Assembly: GCF_009914755.1 (NCBI RefSeq)
Contig: NC_060928.1
DNA: 64,000 nt
Strand: one strand, 5' to 3'
Source: the human T2T-CHM13v2.0 reference genome, Homo sapiens
Under the pieces are notes generated by a model. It did no database searches. It worked only from the letters and a program-made list of their open reading frames with translations, and was not told the origin of the DNA. Below are positions 14,241 to 33,294 of the stretch, in pieces. Both the position numbers and the translations under genes were made by a program. Each line of letters begins with the position of its first letter. Position 1 is the stretch's first letter.

Positions 14241-16338
14241 TTTTCCAATTAAAAGGCATAGATGAGATGAATGAATTTTTAAAAGACCCAATTACATGCT
14301 TCCTATAAGAAATTTGTTTCACTTATAAAGGCACACATAGGCTGAAAATAAAGATATGATTAAAAAGTGTGCAGGAATATCTATACTTGTACAAGAAAAA
14401 ATAGACTTTAAGTCAAAAAATAAAAAGAGACAAAATCATTACATAAAGATAAAGGGATCGGTTCAGCAAGAGAATAAAACAAAGGTAAATATATGTGTAC
14501 CCAACACTGGAACACCCAGATACATAAATAAAATACTATTAGAGCTAAAAAGAAATAATAGACCCCAATACAATAATAGTTGAAGGCCTCAACAGCCCAC
14601 TTTCAGCATTAAACAGATTAGGCTGAAAATCACCAAAACAACAACAAACACAGCCTGAAGTACAGACCAAATGGACCTAGCAGACATTTGCAGAACATTT
14701 AATCTAAAAGCTGCAGAGTACTTGTCATCAGCACATGGAAATAAACTATACATTAGGCCACAAAAAAAGTCTCAACACATTTTAAAAATTCTAAATTATA
14801 TCAAGTCTCTTCTCAGCCCACAGTGGAATAAATCTAGAAATAAATAACAAGAGGACTTCAGAAACTATACAAGTAACCTGAAATTTAAACAACGTGCTCC
14901 TAAATGACTATGAGTCAATGAAGAAATTAAGAAGGAAATTAAAAAATTTCTTGAGACATGAGAACCAAAACCAATGAGATAGAAGAAAATTAGCGCAGAG
15001 AGGGCTGTTTATAGCAATAAACACCAACATCAAAAAAGTAGAAATACTTCAAATAAAACCTAAATATGCAACTCAAGGAAGTATAAAAGCAAGAGAAAAC
15101 CAAAGCCAAAATTAGTAGAAAGAAAAAAATAATAAATATCAGAGAAGTAAATGAAATAGAGACTAAAAAAATACAAATGATCAACAAAGCAAAAAGCTGA
15201 CTTTTATGATTCGATAACAAAATTGATAAAACTGCTAAGCTAGACTAACCAAGGAAAACAAGAGAGGGCCCAAATAAGTAAAATCAGAAATGGAAAAGGA
15301 GATACTACAGCTGGGGAAGCCAAGACGCAAAGGATCATCAGAAACTATTATTAACAACTATGTACTTAAAAGTTGGAAAACCTAGGGGAAATAGATAAAT
15401 TCCTGGACGCATGAAATCTTCCAAGACTGACTGAGGAAAAAATAGAAATCTTGAACAAACCAATAAGGAGTAACAAGATTGAATTAGTAAAAAAAGTCTT
15501 CCAATAAAGAAAAGCTGAGGGCCAGATGATTTTACTACTTAATTCTAACAAGCTTATAAAAAAGAACTATCACCAATTTTTCTCAAATGACTCAAAAAGA
15601 TTAATGAGGATGAAATTCTTTCTAATTCATTTTATATGGCCATCATTAGCCTGACACCAAAACTAGACAGGGACACAACAACAAGAAAACTACAGGCCAA
15701 TATCCATGATGGACATAGAGGTAGAAATATTCAACAAAATACTAGCAAATCAAATTCAACATCACATCTAAAAGATAATGCACCAAAATCAAGTTAGATT
15801 TATCCCAGTGATGCAAAGATGCTTCAACATACACAAATCAATAAATGCAAAACATCAGATTAACTGAATTAAGGAAAAAAATAGTTCATGTCAGGAAACA
15901 CAGAAAAAGCATTTTATAAAATTCCACATCTCTTCAAGATAAAAAAAAAAACCTCTCAACAAATTATGCATAGAAGGAATATAACTCAACATAGTAAAGG
16001 CCACATTTGACAAACTCATACTTAACAACATGCTGAACAGCAGAAAAATTGAATACCTTTCCTCCAATAACTGGAGCAAGACAAAGATGTCCACTTTCAC
16101 CAATCTTATTCAGCATAGTATTAGAAATCCCAGCCAGAACAATCAGACAAGAGAAAGAAATGACAGGCATCCTAATTAGAAAAGAGTAAGTCAAACTGTC
16201 CCTCTCTGAAGATGATATAATCTTATATATGGAAAAACCTGAAGACTCCAATCAAAAACTCTTGAAATTGATAAACAAATTCAATAAAGTCTAGATAAAA
16301 AAACATAAAAAACCAGTAGCATTTCTATATACCAATAA

Positions 16339-20333
<3,995 letters not shown>

Positions 20334-20334
20334 A

Positions 20335-21769
20335 ACTGCTTTTGTGAGACATAGGGCAAGAAAATGAAACTATTAAATTATTCTATGCCCAGAGATTATT
20401 GCAGAAGAGATGGGCATGTGAGATTACAATCAGAATCAGAATTGATTCTGGGGGACAAAATTAATTCAGTTTTTCTATAAATCAAACAATATCAAAAGCA
20501 TAATGATGTAAGGCTAGAATCTGGGTCCATGTGTTGGAATAACAGGATATTTTTTGAGCATTGAATTGTTCTTTACTATAAACTCATAAAAGGCTATAAA
20601 AGGTTTATGGAAATGTTACCCTATGATCAATATGATTTAAATTAGATTTATTTATAAGTTTTCATAAAATTACTTTTAACATTAACAATACAAAATGCAA
20701 AGGTAAAATTTGGTTTTCTATTTTGAGAAAAATTTTGTGTAATATTAATAAGAGAAAATAAAAGATTTTTGTTTACCCTTTGAGTAAACTGCAAGGGAAA
20801 AAAGCAGGGGAGAGACAGATTTAGTTGATGTCATGTTTTCTTATTTCTGGGAAACTGAGTTTCCTGTATCAAAGAGTAAAGCTTTTTGCTTTTTTTGAAG
20901 TCTCCCAATTATTGTTTTGACTAAATGAATCACTACTTTATAATGACCTGTGATCCTATTTTGTGATCTCAACTGTCTTAAAACTTTGATATTTGACAAA
21001 CTTTCCAAAAGCAAATTTCAAGTTCTAAGTTTGGTCTTTTTCACCTCAAACTAAGCTTTTTTTAACTTGGTTAGTTTCTGAAGTCCAAAAGAGACATATT
21101 AGGCTTATTTGGTATGTTGAAATTATACAAGAAAAATTGTCAAATGTAAGATGGTGTTTAACTTTCTGTAGATTATATTTATATAAATGTGTTATTACTA
21201 TGTATTCTAAGACTGTATGAGATCTTGAAATTCTCCTTTGTCTTAAAATGTGTTGTCAGTAATTGTTGTGATTATTATGTTAAATTGTTCTACGCCAGAG
21301 AAATAACCAAATTTCTTTTTCAACTGTGTCTTTAACTATGGGTATCCTAAGACTTTTATCATCCACAATGGTTGTTTTCTTAGATTCTTCTAAAAAAATA
21401 CCCTATAATCTGCTATAGTCTAGGGACTGCTTCTTTGAGAAAGTTCAGGAAAAGAACTCTTGAATGCAGTTTTCTTATAATTTGAAAATTGTGCCATTGA
21501 CTGAGAAAGAAAACTTCCAGAAATCTAATTAAATTGGGCTAATTGGGTTAGCAATATTTGTGAATGAATACCATTGAAGCAGAGCAGGAGTTGACTACAT
21601 TGACTGAACTAATACAAAGACAGAAATAATTGTTATGGTATTTTATGTTGGAAACATTACTGATTCTTTTTGCTGTTTCTTAGGGTATAGAGAACATTTT
21701 CTTTTGAGCTATGTATAGCCTTTAACAAGTAAGTAGAGCATACTCTTGAAAACAGAATATGAGACACAC

Positions 21770-21807
<38 letters not shown>

Positions 21808-22594
21808 CTGCCTGATTTCCACTTAATTCAGAAACTCTTTGTGAGTATTCTTAATTCATGGCAATGTGATTGTTTACATAAGTTCAATAAGAATCAGTTT
21901 TCTTTTATAATGGGATACAGTTAGAGTAGCTGGTTATTTTCTCAGAGGTTTGACTAAAATGGCATGTTTTCACATATAAGCAGACTGCTTTGAGAATTTG
22001 AGATTGACTTTATAGAGCCCAGCAGAGCTCTTGATAAAAACTGGTCTTGTGCCTTGTCTATGAAGTTCCTGTAGTTCCTCTTCAGGATGCCTGGCCTGTG
22101 GTGATAGAGTGTCACTTTCTTACAGGCCCAGGAACCTCAACTTTTTTGAGGTCCTCAAGAAGAGAAGGGTTTACCCATTTCATGCAGGTATCTGCAGTCG
22201 TAGGTGAATCCTTGGCTGGGCTTGAGAGGCCTTTGAAGGTAAAGACAGATTCCTTGTGAGAGGTTCCAGCAAAGCCAATATAGGAGGGCCTATATGGACA
22301 ATGATTCTTGCTAAACTTTGTGTGGGTAATCAGGCCAAATATAGTGGGAATGAGCGTATTTTGCAGATAGATTTGTCTTGCTATGACTTGCTTTTGGTAA
22401 AAGTTGGGAACTGGAGAGAGAAATATTGTATTTCAGAAGAAAACTATGATATTAGATTAGCCTTTGATTCCTGGATGGCCACAGAGTCACCCATGATATA
22501 GAGCTGCCAACAACACACCTCCTCAACATGAAGCAGTCAGAAAGATGATCAGATTCTCTATGATTGAGGAATTAATAAACAGAAAGAGGGGCAC
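20335..22594 (+). mobile_element. ERV1/MER4-group internal sequence (3' part, non-coding)
   Basis: Ends in the polypurine tract agaaagaggggg immediately before an LTR. Composition and motifs are typical of MER4-group internals. Confidence 0.7.
21774..21805 (+). repeat. (TG)n microsatellite
   Basis: Direct reading of the sequence. Confidence 0.97.
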
Positions 22595-23082
22595 TAATTG
22601 TGGCTGAATTGTCCTTTAGAACTGATTTTTCTACTTTCTTTTGAATAAACGTAGAAATGGACTCTCCTAGTCTTAAAATTTAAGAAAATCCCATTTGTCT
22701 TACCTGAGTTTTTTTCCTCAGGAAACAAACCATCAGGCCTCTCAGACAGAATCAAAGAAATGAAACTTTCTGTATCACTGCATCTGGACAATGAGATGCC
22801 AGATCTCTCACCTGTCAAGACTACCTAACCACCCATATGCTTACTGTTGACTAAATCCTCTTCCTTACCCCTCTCTAATTCTTGTTTTCCCACACACAGT
22901 CACATTTCTTCCCTGCTGTGTAAAACCCTAATTTTACTCATTTGGGGAGACAGATTTGAGATTGATCACCCTCAGCTGCATCACCTGATTAAAGTCTTCG
23001 TCTTTGACAATACTTATCTCAGTAATTGGTTTTGTGTGTGATGAGCAGCAGGACCTAGACCTAACCCCTGGCATTTCAGTTT
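22595..23082 (+). mobile_element. ERV1 3' LTR (MER4 group)
   Basis: Follows the PPT. Contains ATTAAA at about 22988 and ends gagcagcaggacctagacctaacccctggcatttc. Confidence 0.75.
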
Positions 23083-23084
23083 CC

Positions 23085-26000
23085 AGAAGTATTAACAGAA
23101 GAACAGACCAAGCTGAGGAAAGAATCTCAAAGTCTGAAGACCAGATTTTGAATCAACTCAGTAATACAAAAAGAGAAAAATAATGAACAAAACCTCCAAG
23201 AAATATGGGATTTTTTAAGCAATCAAACTTATGACTTATTGGCATCCCTGAGAAAGACAGTGTAAGCAATGTGGTAAACACATTTAAGGATATAGCCCAT
23301 AAAAATTTCCCCAATTTTGCTAGAGAGGTTGACATGAAAATTCAAGAAATACTAGAAACCCCAGTGAGCTACTATATAAAACAAACATCTCCAAGGCACA
23401 TAGTCATCAGATTCACCAAAGTCCAACTGAAACCAAAAGTCATAAAAGGCAGCTAGACAGAAGGGCATGTCACAAACATGGGAACCATATCAGGCTAGTA
23501 GCAGACCTCTCAGCAGAAGTTTGACAAGCCCAGAAAAATTGGATCCTACTTTCAGTACCCTTAAAATAATGAATCCTCAACAAATTACTTCATATCCCAC
23601 CAAACTAAACTTAATAAATGAAGGAGAAATAAAATCCTTCTCAGACAAACAAACACTGAGGGAATGCATTACAACTCGACCAGCCTTACAAGAGGTCCTT
23701 AAGGGAATGTTAACCGAGAAAACCAAAGAACAATACCTACTAACCACAAAAACCCACTTTAAAATATCCCACAGACACTGCAAAGCAACTACACAATGAT
23801 GTCCACAAAACAACCAGGCAAAAACAAGACAATAGGATCAAAACCATACATATCAATAAGAACCCTAAACATAAATGACCTAAACACATAACTTAAAAGG
23901 CATACAGTGGCAAGCTGAATAACAACACAAGACACAATTGTCTACTATTTTCAGGAGACCATTAGACATGTACAAGCACCCACAGGTTCAAAGTAAATGA
24001 ATGAATAAAGATCTATTAGGCAAATGGCAAACAAAAAAAGAGTAGAAGGCTCTATTTTTCTATTAGATAAAACAGACTTTCAAAAATGTAAAAGGACAAA
24101 TAAGGTCATTACATTGATAAACTCTTCAATTCAACACAAAGACTCAGCTAAATATATGCACATCTGACACTGGAGCACCCACATTCACTAAACAAATCCA
24201 CCTTGACCTACAAAAGAATTAGATGGCCACACAATAATGTGGGAAACTTGAGTATCCCATTAACAGCATTAGACAGATCATTGAGGGAGAAAACTAACAA
24301 AGAAACTCTGCACTTAAACTCCACACTTGACTAACTCGACCTAATAGGCATCTACAGAATACCCCACCAAACTGAATACACATTCTTCTCATTTGCAAAT
24401 AGATAGATTCTACGATGCATAGAATATGCATCATATTCATGCATATTCATTCATTGTATATTCACAGAATATACAAACATATTCTATGATGGACCACGTG
24501 CTCAGTAATGAAGCAAGTATCAATAAAATAAAAAAATCAAAATCATACCAAGCACGATCTTGGACCATACTGTGTAAAAACAGAAATTGATATCCAGAAA
24601 ATCTCTCAAAATTACACAAAACATGAAAATTAAACAACTTGTTCCTGAATAACACCTGGGTGAACAGGGACCTATTAAGGCAGATTCTTTGAAGTGAATG
24701 AAAGGACACAATTTAACAAAAATCATTGGGATGCAGCTAAAGCAGCATTAAGAAGAATATTTATAGCCCTACACACTTTCATCAAGAAGTTACATCACAA
24801 ATTAGCAGTTGAACATTGCACCTAGAGGAACAAAGAAAAAAGGAACAAATCAACCCAAACCCAAGGAAAGAAATAACTAAAATTTGAAAACTGAATGTTA
24901 TTGAGACATGAAGATCCCTACCAACAATGAATGAAACCAAGAACTGCTTATTTGAAAGAATAAACAAGATAAACAGAACACTGGCTAGATTAACAAAGGA
25001 ATAAAAAGAAGATACAAAGAACAACATTCACAAATGACGAAGATGACATTACAACTAATCTCACAAAAATATAAAAGGTCCTCAGAGACTATTATGAACA
25101 CTATGTACACAAATTAGAAAGTCTATAGGAAATGGATAAATTCCTGAAAACCCACAACCTCCCAGATTGAACCAGGAAGAAAGTAAAAACCTGAACAGAT
25201 AGATGAATAACAAGCTCTGAAAACGAATTAGTAATAAAAACCTAATAACCAAAAAAAGCCATGAGCAAATCGATTCACAGCTGAACTCTACCAGAAGTAT
25301 AAAGAAGAAGTGGTACCAATCTTACCAAAACTATTGAAAAAAATTGAGGAAGAGGTGCTTCTTCTTAACTCATTCTGCCAAGCCAGCATCAGCCTGATAC
25401 CAAAATCTGGCACAGACACAATGAGAAAAGACAGCTTAAGGCCAATATCTCTGACAAACATAGATGCAAAAATCCTCAGCCAAATGAATTTGTCATCATA
25501 TCAAAAAGTTAATACATCATGATCAAGTAGGCTTTATTCCTGTGATGCAAGACTGGTTCAATATGCACAAATCAGTAAGTTGTGATTCATCACATAAACA
25601 GAATTAAAAGCAAAAACCAGATGATCATCTAAATAGATGAAGAAAAACCCTTCATTAAAATCCATCGTCCTTTCAAGATAAAAACCCTCAGTAGACTAGG
25701 CTTTGAAGGAACATACATCAAAATAATAAAAGCCATTATGATAAACCTACAGCCAATATCATACTGAAAGGGCAAAAGTTCGAACCATTCCCCTTAGGAA
25801 CTAGAACAAAACAAAGTTTGCCACTCTGACCAGTCCTATTCAACATAGTTCTGGAAGTCCTAGCCAGATCAATCAGCTAAGAAAAATAAATAAAACAGGA
25901 AAAGAAGAAGTCAAACTATCTCTCTTCACTGGCAATATGATTCTGTACATAGAAAACCCCAAAGACTCTTCTAAAAGGCTTCTAGAATTGACAAATGACT

Positions 26001-27592
26001 TCAGTAAAGTATCAGGATACAAAATAAATGTACACAATCCAGTTGCACTTCTATACACCAATAATGTTCAAGCTAAGAGTCAAATGAATAACACAATCTC
26101 ATTTTTAATAGCCTTGTGAAATAAAATATCTAGGAATATAGCAAATCACGGATGTGAAAAATATTGACAAAGGAAACTACAAAGCACTGCGAAAAGAAAT
26201 CGGAGATGGCATAAATAAAGTGAAAAACTGTAAGCTCATGGATTGAAAGAATCAATATTGTTGAAATGGCCATACTGCCCAAAGCAATTTGCATATTCAA
26301 CACTATTCCTGTCAAAATACTTATATCATTCTAAACAGAATTAGAAAAAAAACTTTCCTAAAATTCATATGGAACCAAAAAGGAGCCCAAATAACCAAAG
26401 CAATCCTAAGCAAAAAGAACAACAGTGGAGGCATCACACTACCTGTCTTTAAAGTATACTACAAGGCTATAGTAACCAAAACAGCATGGTACTGGTACAA
26501 AAACAAAAACATAGACCAATAGAATACATTAAAGAACACAGAAATAAAGCTGCACACCTACAGCTATCTGATCTTTGACAAAGCAGATGAAAATAAGCAA
26601 TGAGAAAAGGACTCCCTATTCAATAAACGGTGCTAGGACAACTGGCTAGTCATGTGCAGAAGACTGAAGCTCGACCCCTGTCTTTCACTATATAGAAATG
26701 TTAACTCAAGATGGTTTAGGATTTAAAAGTAAGACATCAAACTATAAAAATTCTAGAAAGAAACATAGCATATAACCTTCTCAACATCAGCCGTTGCAAG
26801 AAATTTTTGGCTAAGTCCCAAAAAGCAAATGTAACAAAAATAAAAAATTGACAAGTGAGATCTCATTAAACTAAGGAGCTTTGGCACAGCTAAAGAAACC
26901 ATCAATAGGGTAAACAGACAACCTACAGAATGGGAGAAATAATCACAAATGATGCATCCAATAAAGGTCTGATAAACAATCTACAGGGAATTTAAACAAA
27001 TCAATAAGCAAAAACAACCCCATTAAAAATGGGCAAAGGACATGAACAGACACTTATCAAAAGAAGGCATATAAACAGCCAGCAAACATGAAAAAAATGT
27101 TCATCATACTAATCATCAGGGAAATGAAAATCAAAACCACAATGAGATGCTAATTTCACACCAGTCAGAATGGCTATTATTAAAAAGTCAAGGCTGCAGA
27201 GAAAAGGGAAAGCTTACAAACCAGTGGTGGGAATATAAATTAGTTCAGCCACTGTGAAAAACAGTTTGGAGATTTCTAAAAGAACTTAATAAAAAACTAT
27301 CATTCGACCCAGCAATCCCATTACTGTTATATACCCAAAGAAAAATAAATCATTCTGCCAAAAAGGCACATGCACTCATATGTTCACTTCAGCACTATTC
27401 ACAATAGTAATGACATGGAATCAACCTAGGTGCCCACTGACAGCAGACTGGATAAAAGAAATGTGGTACATACACACCACAGAATACTACATAGACATAA
27501 AAATGAATGAAATCATGTCCTTTGCAACAACATGGATGCAGCCTGAGGCCATTATCCTAAGTAAATTCACACATGAACAGAAAATCAACTAC
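23085..27592 (+). mobile_element. L1PB-like element (ORF1 3' half and ORF2), disabled
   Basis: ORF1 remnant EGEIKSFSDKQTLRECITTRPALQE. ORF2 remnants [37 protein letters not shown] and MFTSALFTIVMTWNQP. Confidence 0.92.
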
Positions 27593-27594
27593 CG

Positions 27595-28434
27595 TTTTAA
27601 GCTAAACAAAGTGATATTATAAAAATTATAAGTGAAAATACACTTACAGTACTGTACTATATTTATCAATACCATATGTTTACATTGTCTGTTTCAAGAT
27701 GAATCATCTGTCTGAAATGGCAGGCAACTACAGCTGCAGACACATCAATCTATGATACATATCAAGCAATTCAATTTTTTCTTGTAATGTCATGACTTTT
27801 CTCTGTTTCTTGGGAGCACTTCCAGCATCACCTAGTGGCATTTCATATAGGTCCCACCGTGTTCGGCAAGCTTTACCGTATTGCACCAAACACGATAAAA
27901 ATACTTGAGAATCTCAAGAAATCACTTTTTACTATGATGAGCAATTTACTGGAAAGATGAACTGCTAACAGGGAGATACTTAAGAGTCACATGGTGTTTT
28001 AAGCAGATATTCCCAACAGGAGCTCATCACAATAGCTACAGGATGTGGCTACAAAATGATTATAGTACAGTATGTACTACAGTAGGTACATTCAGTCATG
28101 ATTTAATACTGTATCTTTACATTTGTTTACATTTATCTCAGTTGCGAATGACACCATGTAGGGCATTTGGGTGCAAAAGTTTTGATAAACTGTAACTTTT
28201 TATAATAAGATATGTAAGTTTTATGATAGTAAATGATAAAATATTACCTACATGTATTTTACATATTTATGACATAACTTTTTCTTAATTGTTTCAATAT
28301 GTCTATGCTACATGGTTTATCTGCAAGATTTTTTGAGCTACCTCACATTTCCAAAACTTTTCCAATATATTTACTGCAAAAATCCATATTTAAGTGAAGC
28401 ACAGTTCAAACCTGTGTTGTTCAAAGGTCAACCG
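27595..28434. mobile_element. Tigger2-family DNA transposon fragment
   Basis: Terminal cagttcaaacctgtgttgttcaaaggtcaaccg followed by TA matches the Tigger2 TIR. Internal gggagcacttccagcatcac. Confidence 0.8.
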
Positions 28435-29660
28435 TATATCTAGTAAAGCAATTGTGACTGATATCACCACCTGATAATTTTATGGTAGTCCACCATTTCC
28501 TACTATGATCCACATTTTTTTTTTGCAGAAGCTGGGGAGCTGAACTGAATAGAAATGTGGATAGCACTATTATCCCTTAATTTTCAAACACTTTGACTGA
28601 GGGTGTTAATCCCAGAATTTTTTTTCAGGATGTCGGTATTTTTCCTTATTTGCTCGCTTGATTATATAGGGGCAGAGGCACAGTTTAAGGAGCCTGCACT
28701 TGAATCCTCTTGCTATAATGGCTCTATTCAGGTCAAGAATAAATGTGGTTTTATATCAACTGCTAATGATATTTATCCTAATTGTACATTTGGAAACAGA
28801 AAAAAAAAACATAGGGTAAAGTCTCCAGATGCACCGGATGCACTATAAAATGAACTCAAATAAAAACTATATTTACCACCTGGCTTCTGTAAATTCTGAA
28901 TAAGACAGAGAACTACAGTAGCATTTTGTGTTCTGGAAAATGTGTCAGTTCTATGTAATTCTCCTTGTAAGTCCATATTTATCCATCTGAAGGACTATGT
29001 GTCTCCTTGGGAACAGTTTAAAATACTTACTGCATATATGTGTGGTGACATTTCAAGATCTTTCCTTAAGGTGTCCCAGCTTCCTCTTCAATGTACTCTG
29101 GATTAGCAAACTAGTTTAGATTTGCAAATTTAGATGAGGGGCAATGATTCTGCACAATGGAAGCTGCTATCAGGCCTTTTCTCACTGATGTTGATATTTT
29201 CTTATTTTAGAAAGTTAAGAAATATCCTAGGTGACTGGTTACTTGCTTTACCCTAAAAACACCACGATTAGCCAACACCAAAAATTCCTGCAAATAATGG
29301 AATCTTGAAAGCCAATCCAGCTTTTCTGCCTATTGTAATAATGTCCAGTATGCTTTTGAAAATAAAATTCTGCCACATTTCTCCTACTATTCTGTGATCA
29401 AATAATCCATGTTATTCACATTGATATTTGGCATCCATTTCTATGGAAGCATCCCGTAAAATCAATCCAAATCTCAATGCAGGATTTCTTATTGCCCTAA
29501 AATAGAAAGTGTCCTCTGGGCTCACCTCTAAGAAAAATAGCCAGGTAGTAAAAATCCACCCCAGTATTTCCATCAACCTTTAAAAGACTATGCCAAGGAA
29601 GTTCCAGGATACTTGCTTCATTATGTACATCATCTCTGAATCTAGATGTCAAGGAACTAT

Positions 29661-30006
29661 TGTGGTATTAAAAAATAAACTTAGTCACATTAACATTTTT
29701 AAAGTTTATTTTAGCAGACAGTGACTCATGAATTAGGCAATACCAGTTCAGTGCTCCATTTGGGTGAAGGGTTCATGTGAGACAGAAACTTTTATAAGGT
29801 GTTTGCGGAACACCTTATAAAAAGAAAATATATTCAATTGGTTACAGGAGAAAGGCCCTAGTTAAAGTAGTGTTTTTGGTTTCTAATTGGTAAAATCTCT
29901 AGGTTCATCTTACTCTTTACATTTTGCTTCAGTTTGCTTATGTAGAAATGTAACACCCAGGAGCCATCTCACCTTAACGGCCTTCCAATAAATTTTTTTT
30001 CTAACA
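29661..30006. mobile_element. Short solo LTR-like element (ERV1-type)
   Basis: TG...CA termini and aaagtttattttagcagacagtgactcatgaatt, which resembles antisense ERV1 LTR ends. Confidence 0.5.
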
Positions 30007-31218
30007 CTGAAAGATTATTAAGGCCAACTTTAATAGTACTTGCCAAAACATTGAATCTTGTCATAAAGAACATAACTTCATGTCTATCAACTTTCCTCTT
30101 CCAGCCTTACATCACTTTAGCCTAATTCATTGAAATATATAAATCTGCGTATTTCCAAATTTTACCAGTATATATTAGCCAAGTCTTACAGTTTCTCTGA
30201 CATGTAGACTATTGTTTTCCAGATCAGCACTTGTACTTCCACATTGTACTTGCCTATTCTGTTATCAAGCTGGTGTTATGTGGGTGATTTTTGAGGAAAA
30301 CAAGCATCACTTTGTGAGGTACTTCCCCATATGAGGATATTACATGGTATCCACAGATTGGGAGGGGGGTTCTTTTAGCAAATAAGAGGTTACTTGCTTT
30401 ACCCTAAAAACACCATGATTGGCCAACACCACAGATTGAATCCTCTTACTATAATGTTTCTACCAGATAGTAGGATGCAGGCGAATTAGAGTGTTCGAGA
30501 CTTTCAGGCTCTAGCCAATGCTCCTCTCCTGTGGGTCCAAGGTCCACTTATCCCTAACTTTTATATAGGCGACACGGTCCTTGACTTTTACTTGAGAGAG
30601 TTGACAAAGTTGGTAAGTTAGTGTCCTTTATATCTCTGCCACCTTGAAATTAGATCATAGGCACAGCTTCATAGCGAGGAAAATAAAGTTCTTCCCTAAA
30701 TGTACAATAAAGGTATTCTGGTTTTGAGAGTCAGCCAAAAGCTCTGAGTCTATTCTTTTCTTTTACAGCTTCCTTAAAGTTATACTGCTTTCATAACACT
30801 TCATTGCTGAAGTTATTTAATCTCCTAATACCCTTTCTTCCATATATACCTCATCAAAATTAGCCACAAGGGAAAGCTTAATTTGTAATGCTATAGCATA
30901 CTAATGATGGGGCATCTATTATATTCAGACAGCTGGAAAGTAAAAGTAAAAAATTATATCCTGAATGTTTTCTTTTGAGGACCACCTGTACTACAAATGT
31001 TCATAGCCTGAGTTACCAAAAATAAAAAGCCTGAGATGAGAATTAATTGTTGATTCTCATTATAAGAAGTACAACCTGAGAGCAGTGAGAGTGAGTGAAT
31101 AAGCACGTAAGACAGGAAATGATACCTCACAAAATACCTGGGATAGATTACTGTGTTTCACAATGAGCCACAAGAAAACACAGGAAGTTGCTTGACTGGT
31201 TTAACTACTCAGCCATAA

Positions 31219-31608
<390 letters not shown>

Positions 31609-31689
31609 CATAGACATATTTTATTTTCCTCAAATATATTACTACATATTAAAGTATACTCATAAGATAAATCTCTTATCTTTTTGCCT

Positions 31690-31830
31690 GCATATTCCCA
31701 TCCATCTTTCACTCATTTATTTATTCAACATTTGTTTATTAAACAATATTTGAAGTTCTGGATATACAATAATGGGTGACAAATGCAACCGTAAGCCAGT
31801 CTGGTCAGATTGAGATAAAAGAGAAGGATA
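31690..31830 (-). mobile_element. L2 3'-end fragment
   Basis: catttatttattcaacatttgtttatt-type L2 terminus. Confidence 0.5.
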
Positions 31831-32899
31831 AATAGGGAAGAAGAAGGAATAAGCACAGAGGAAGGAGAAAAAATTAATCTTCCTAGTTTCCTCCTGGCTT
31901 CTATTTCCCACTGGTCAAAGTTCATGCCAAAAGAAATTACATCTTACACATTTCTCTATTGTGTCATCTGTCCCATTTGGTGGCTGCTTAGGGATCCTGG
32001 TGTCATAATCTGTGTGCTGAGGGAATACATCCTCTAGGGTTATTTAGGAGTGTCAAATAATTGTTTTGGTATCATGTGAATATGAGATGTGCAGAGAAAA
32101 AATCCCTTCATAAAAGTGTCCGGCCATATGACATATAGAGCAGTAGAACATTTCTTGCTAATGTCCTTAAAGACTGACTTTCAGTAAGGATAGCAAACCT
32201 GATCAAAGCCTGCCTCTAAGACATAAATCAGTTTTATATTCAGGGAAAAGGCTGCAACCTGAAATTATATACACATCTCCTGTATCAAAACTCGGCAGAC
32301 AGCAGCTTACGTATCTAAGCATTTATGACCAGACAGTAAGTTCATCAAAGTACCATGAAATAAACCTGACATTAAGTATCAAGGTGACAGAATCTCTGAA
32401 GAAAAGAACTTCATACTGTAAAAAGGATAGTAGGAACAAATGATTTCCAAATATTTATTTATGAAAGCATTGTAGATTGCATCATTAAGTAAAAACGTGC
32501 CTGAAAATGACCTCTGTGCTCAAGTAGAAATAATTTTTTCAGTTCAATAGGAGCTTGATTTCATAAATGGGGTTCCTTTTTACTAACTTTGACCCTTTCT
32601 ACAGCCCTTCTTTCAGTCAAGTCACCAGCAGAACCCCCATTGTTTCTTTGAGTCTCAACTGAATTTGCTCTTTCGATTCATGAAATATTCTTCCAATTCC
32701 TTCATATATATATATATAACTTCCCTTGAATTCTTTAATTCCTCTATCAAAACACTTATGTTTTCTATAATTATGAGTTTCCATGTCATAATTTTACACC
32801 TAATGAGAACACAAATGTTTTCAAAGCCCCTAATTCAACGTCTAACAAATACAGCATTATGTACCAAGTAAGAATTTGTTGAGTAAATGATTATGGGCC

Positions 32900-33195
32900 T
32901 TAGATGACACAGCCCCAAATACCTGCTTTCCTATTAGACACTCTTTCCACTCATTCACTCTAGCTATGCTAGCACTCTTGGCATCTCCAATTGATTTTAC
33001 TGCCTCAAATCCTTGGCATTTGTTTACTGCCTTCCTTCTCTCCCCCAGCTATCCCCTTCACAGCTGGGTTGTTTTGTCCTTATTTTTTAATCACAAGCTG
33101 ACCTGCCAAAGGCTTACATTTGTATTTATCATTCGTTATTCTATGCCCAGAGCTTCATATAGTGTTAAAAAATTGTGGAATAAATAAATGAAGGA
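32900..33195 (+). mobile_element. L2 fragment
   Basis: Pyrimidine-rich L2 3' region ending tgtggaataaataaatgaa. Confidence 0.5.
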
Positions 33196-33294
33196 GTGAA
33201 AGGTAAATGGGAATATGAAGGCAAAAATAGACAATGTCTCTTAGGATTATAGTTTAATATTCAATAATAAATTTGAAGGAAAGAAAATAAAATT

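Larger units (their letters stand above)
11432..16338 (+). mobile_element. L1 (L1MA/L1PB-age) with 5' UTR, ORF1 and ORF2 to mid-RT, all disabled
   Basis: GC-rich 5' UTR at about 12.1-12.6 kb. ORF1 remnant (…EGEIKYFPYKQKLREFITSR). ORF2 start remnant (HLSITTLNVSGLNS). Confidence 0.9.

Noticed and set aside
29031-29200. Minus-strand GCA|GTAAGT donor at 29030
   Set aside because: No clear acceptor and stops in all frames. It could be a non-coding exon but is unsupported.
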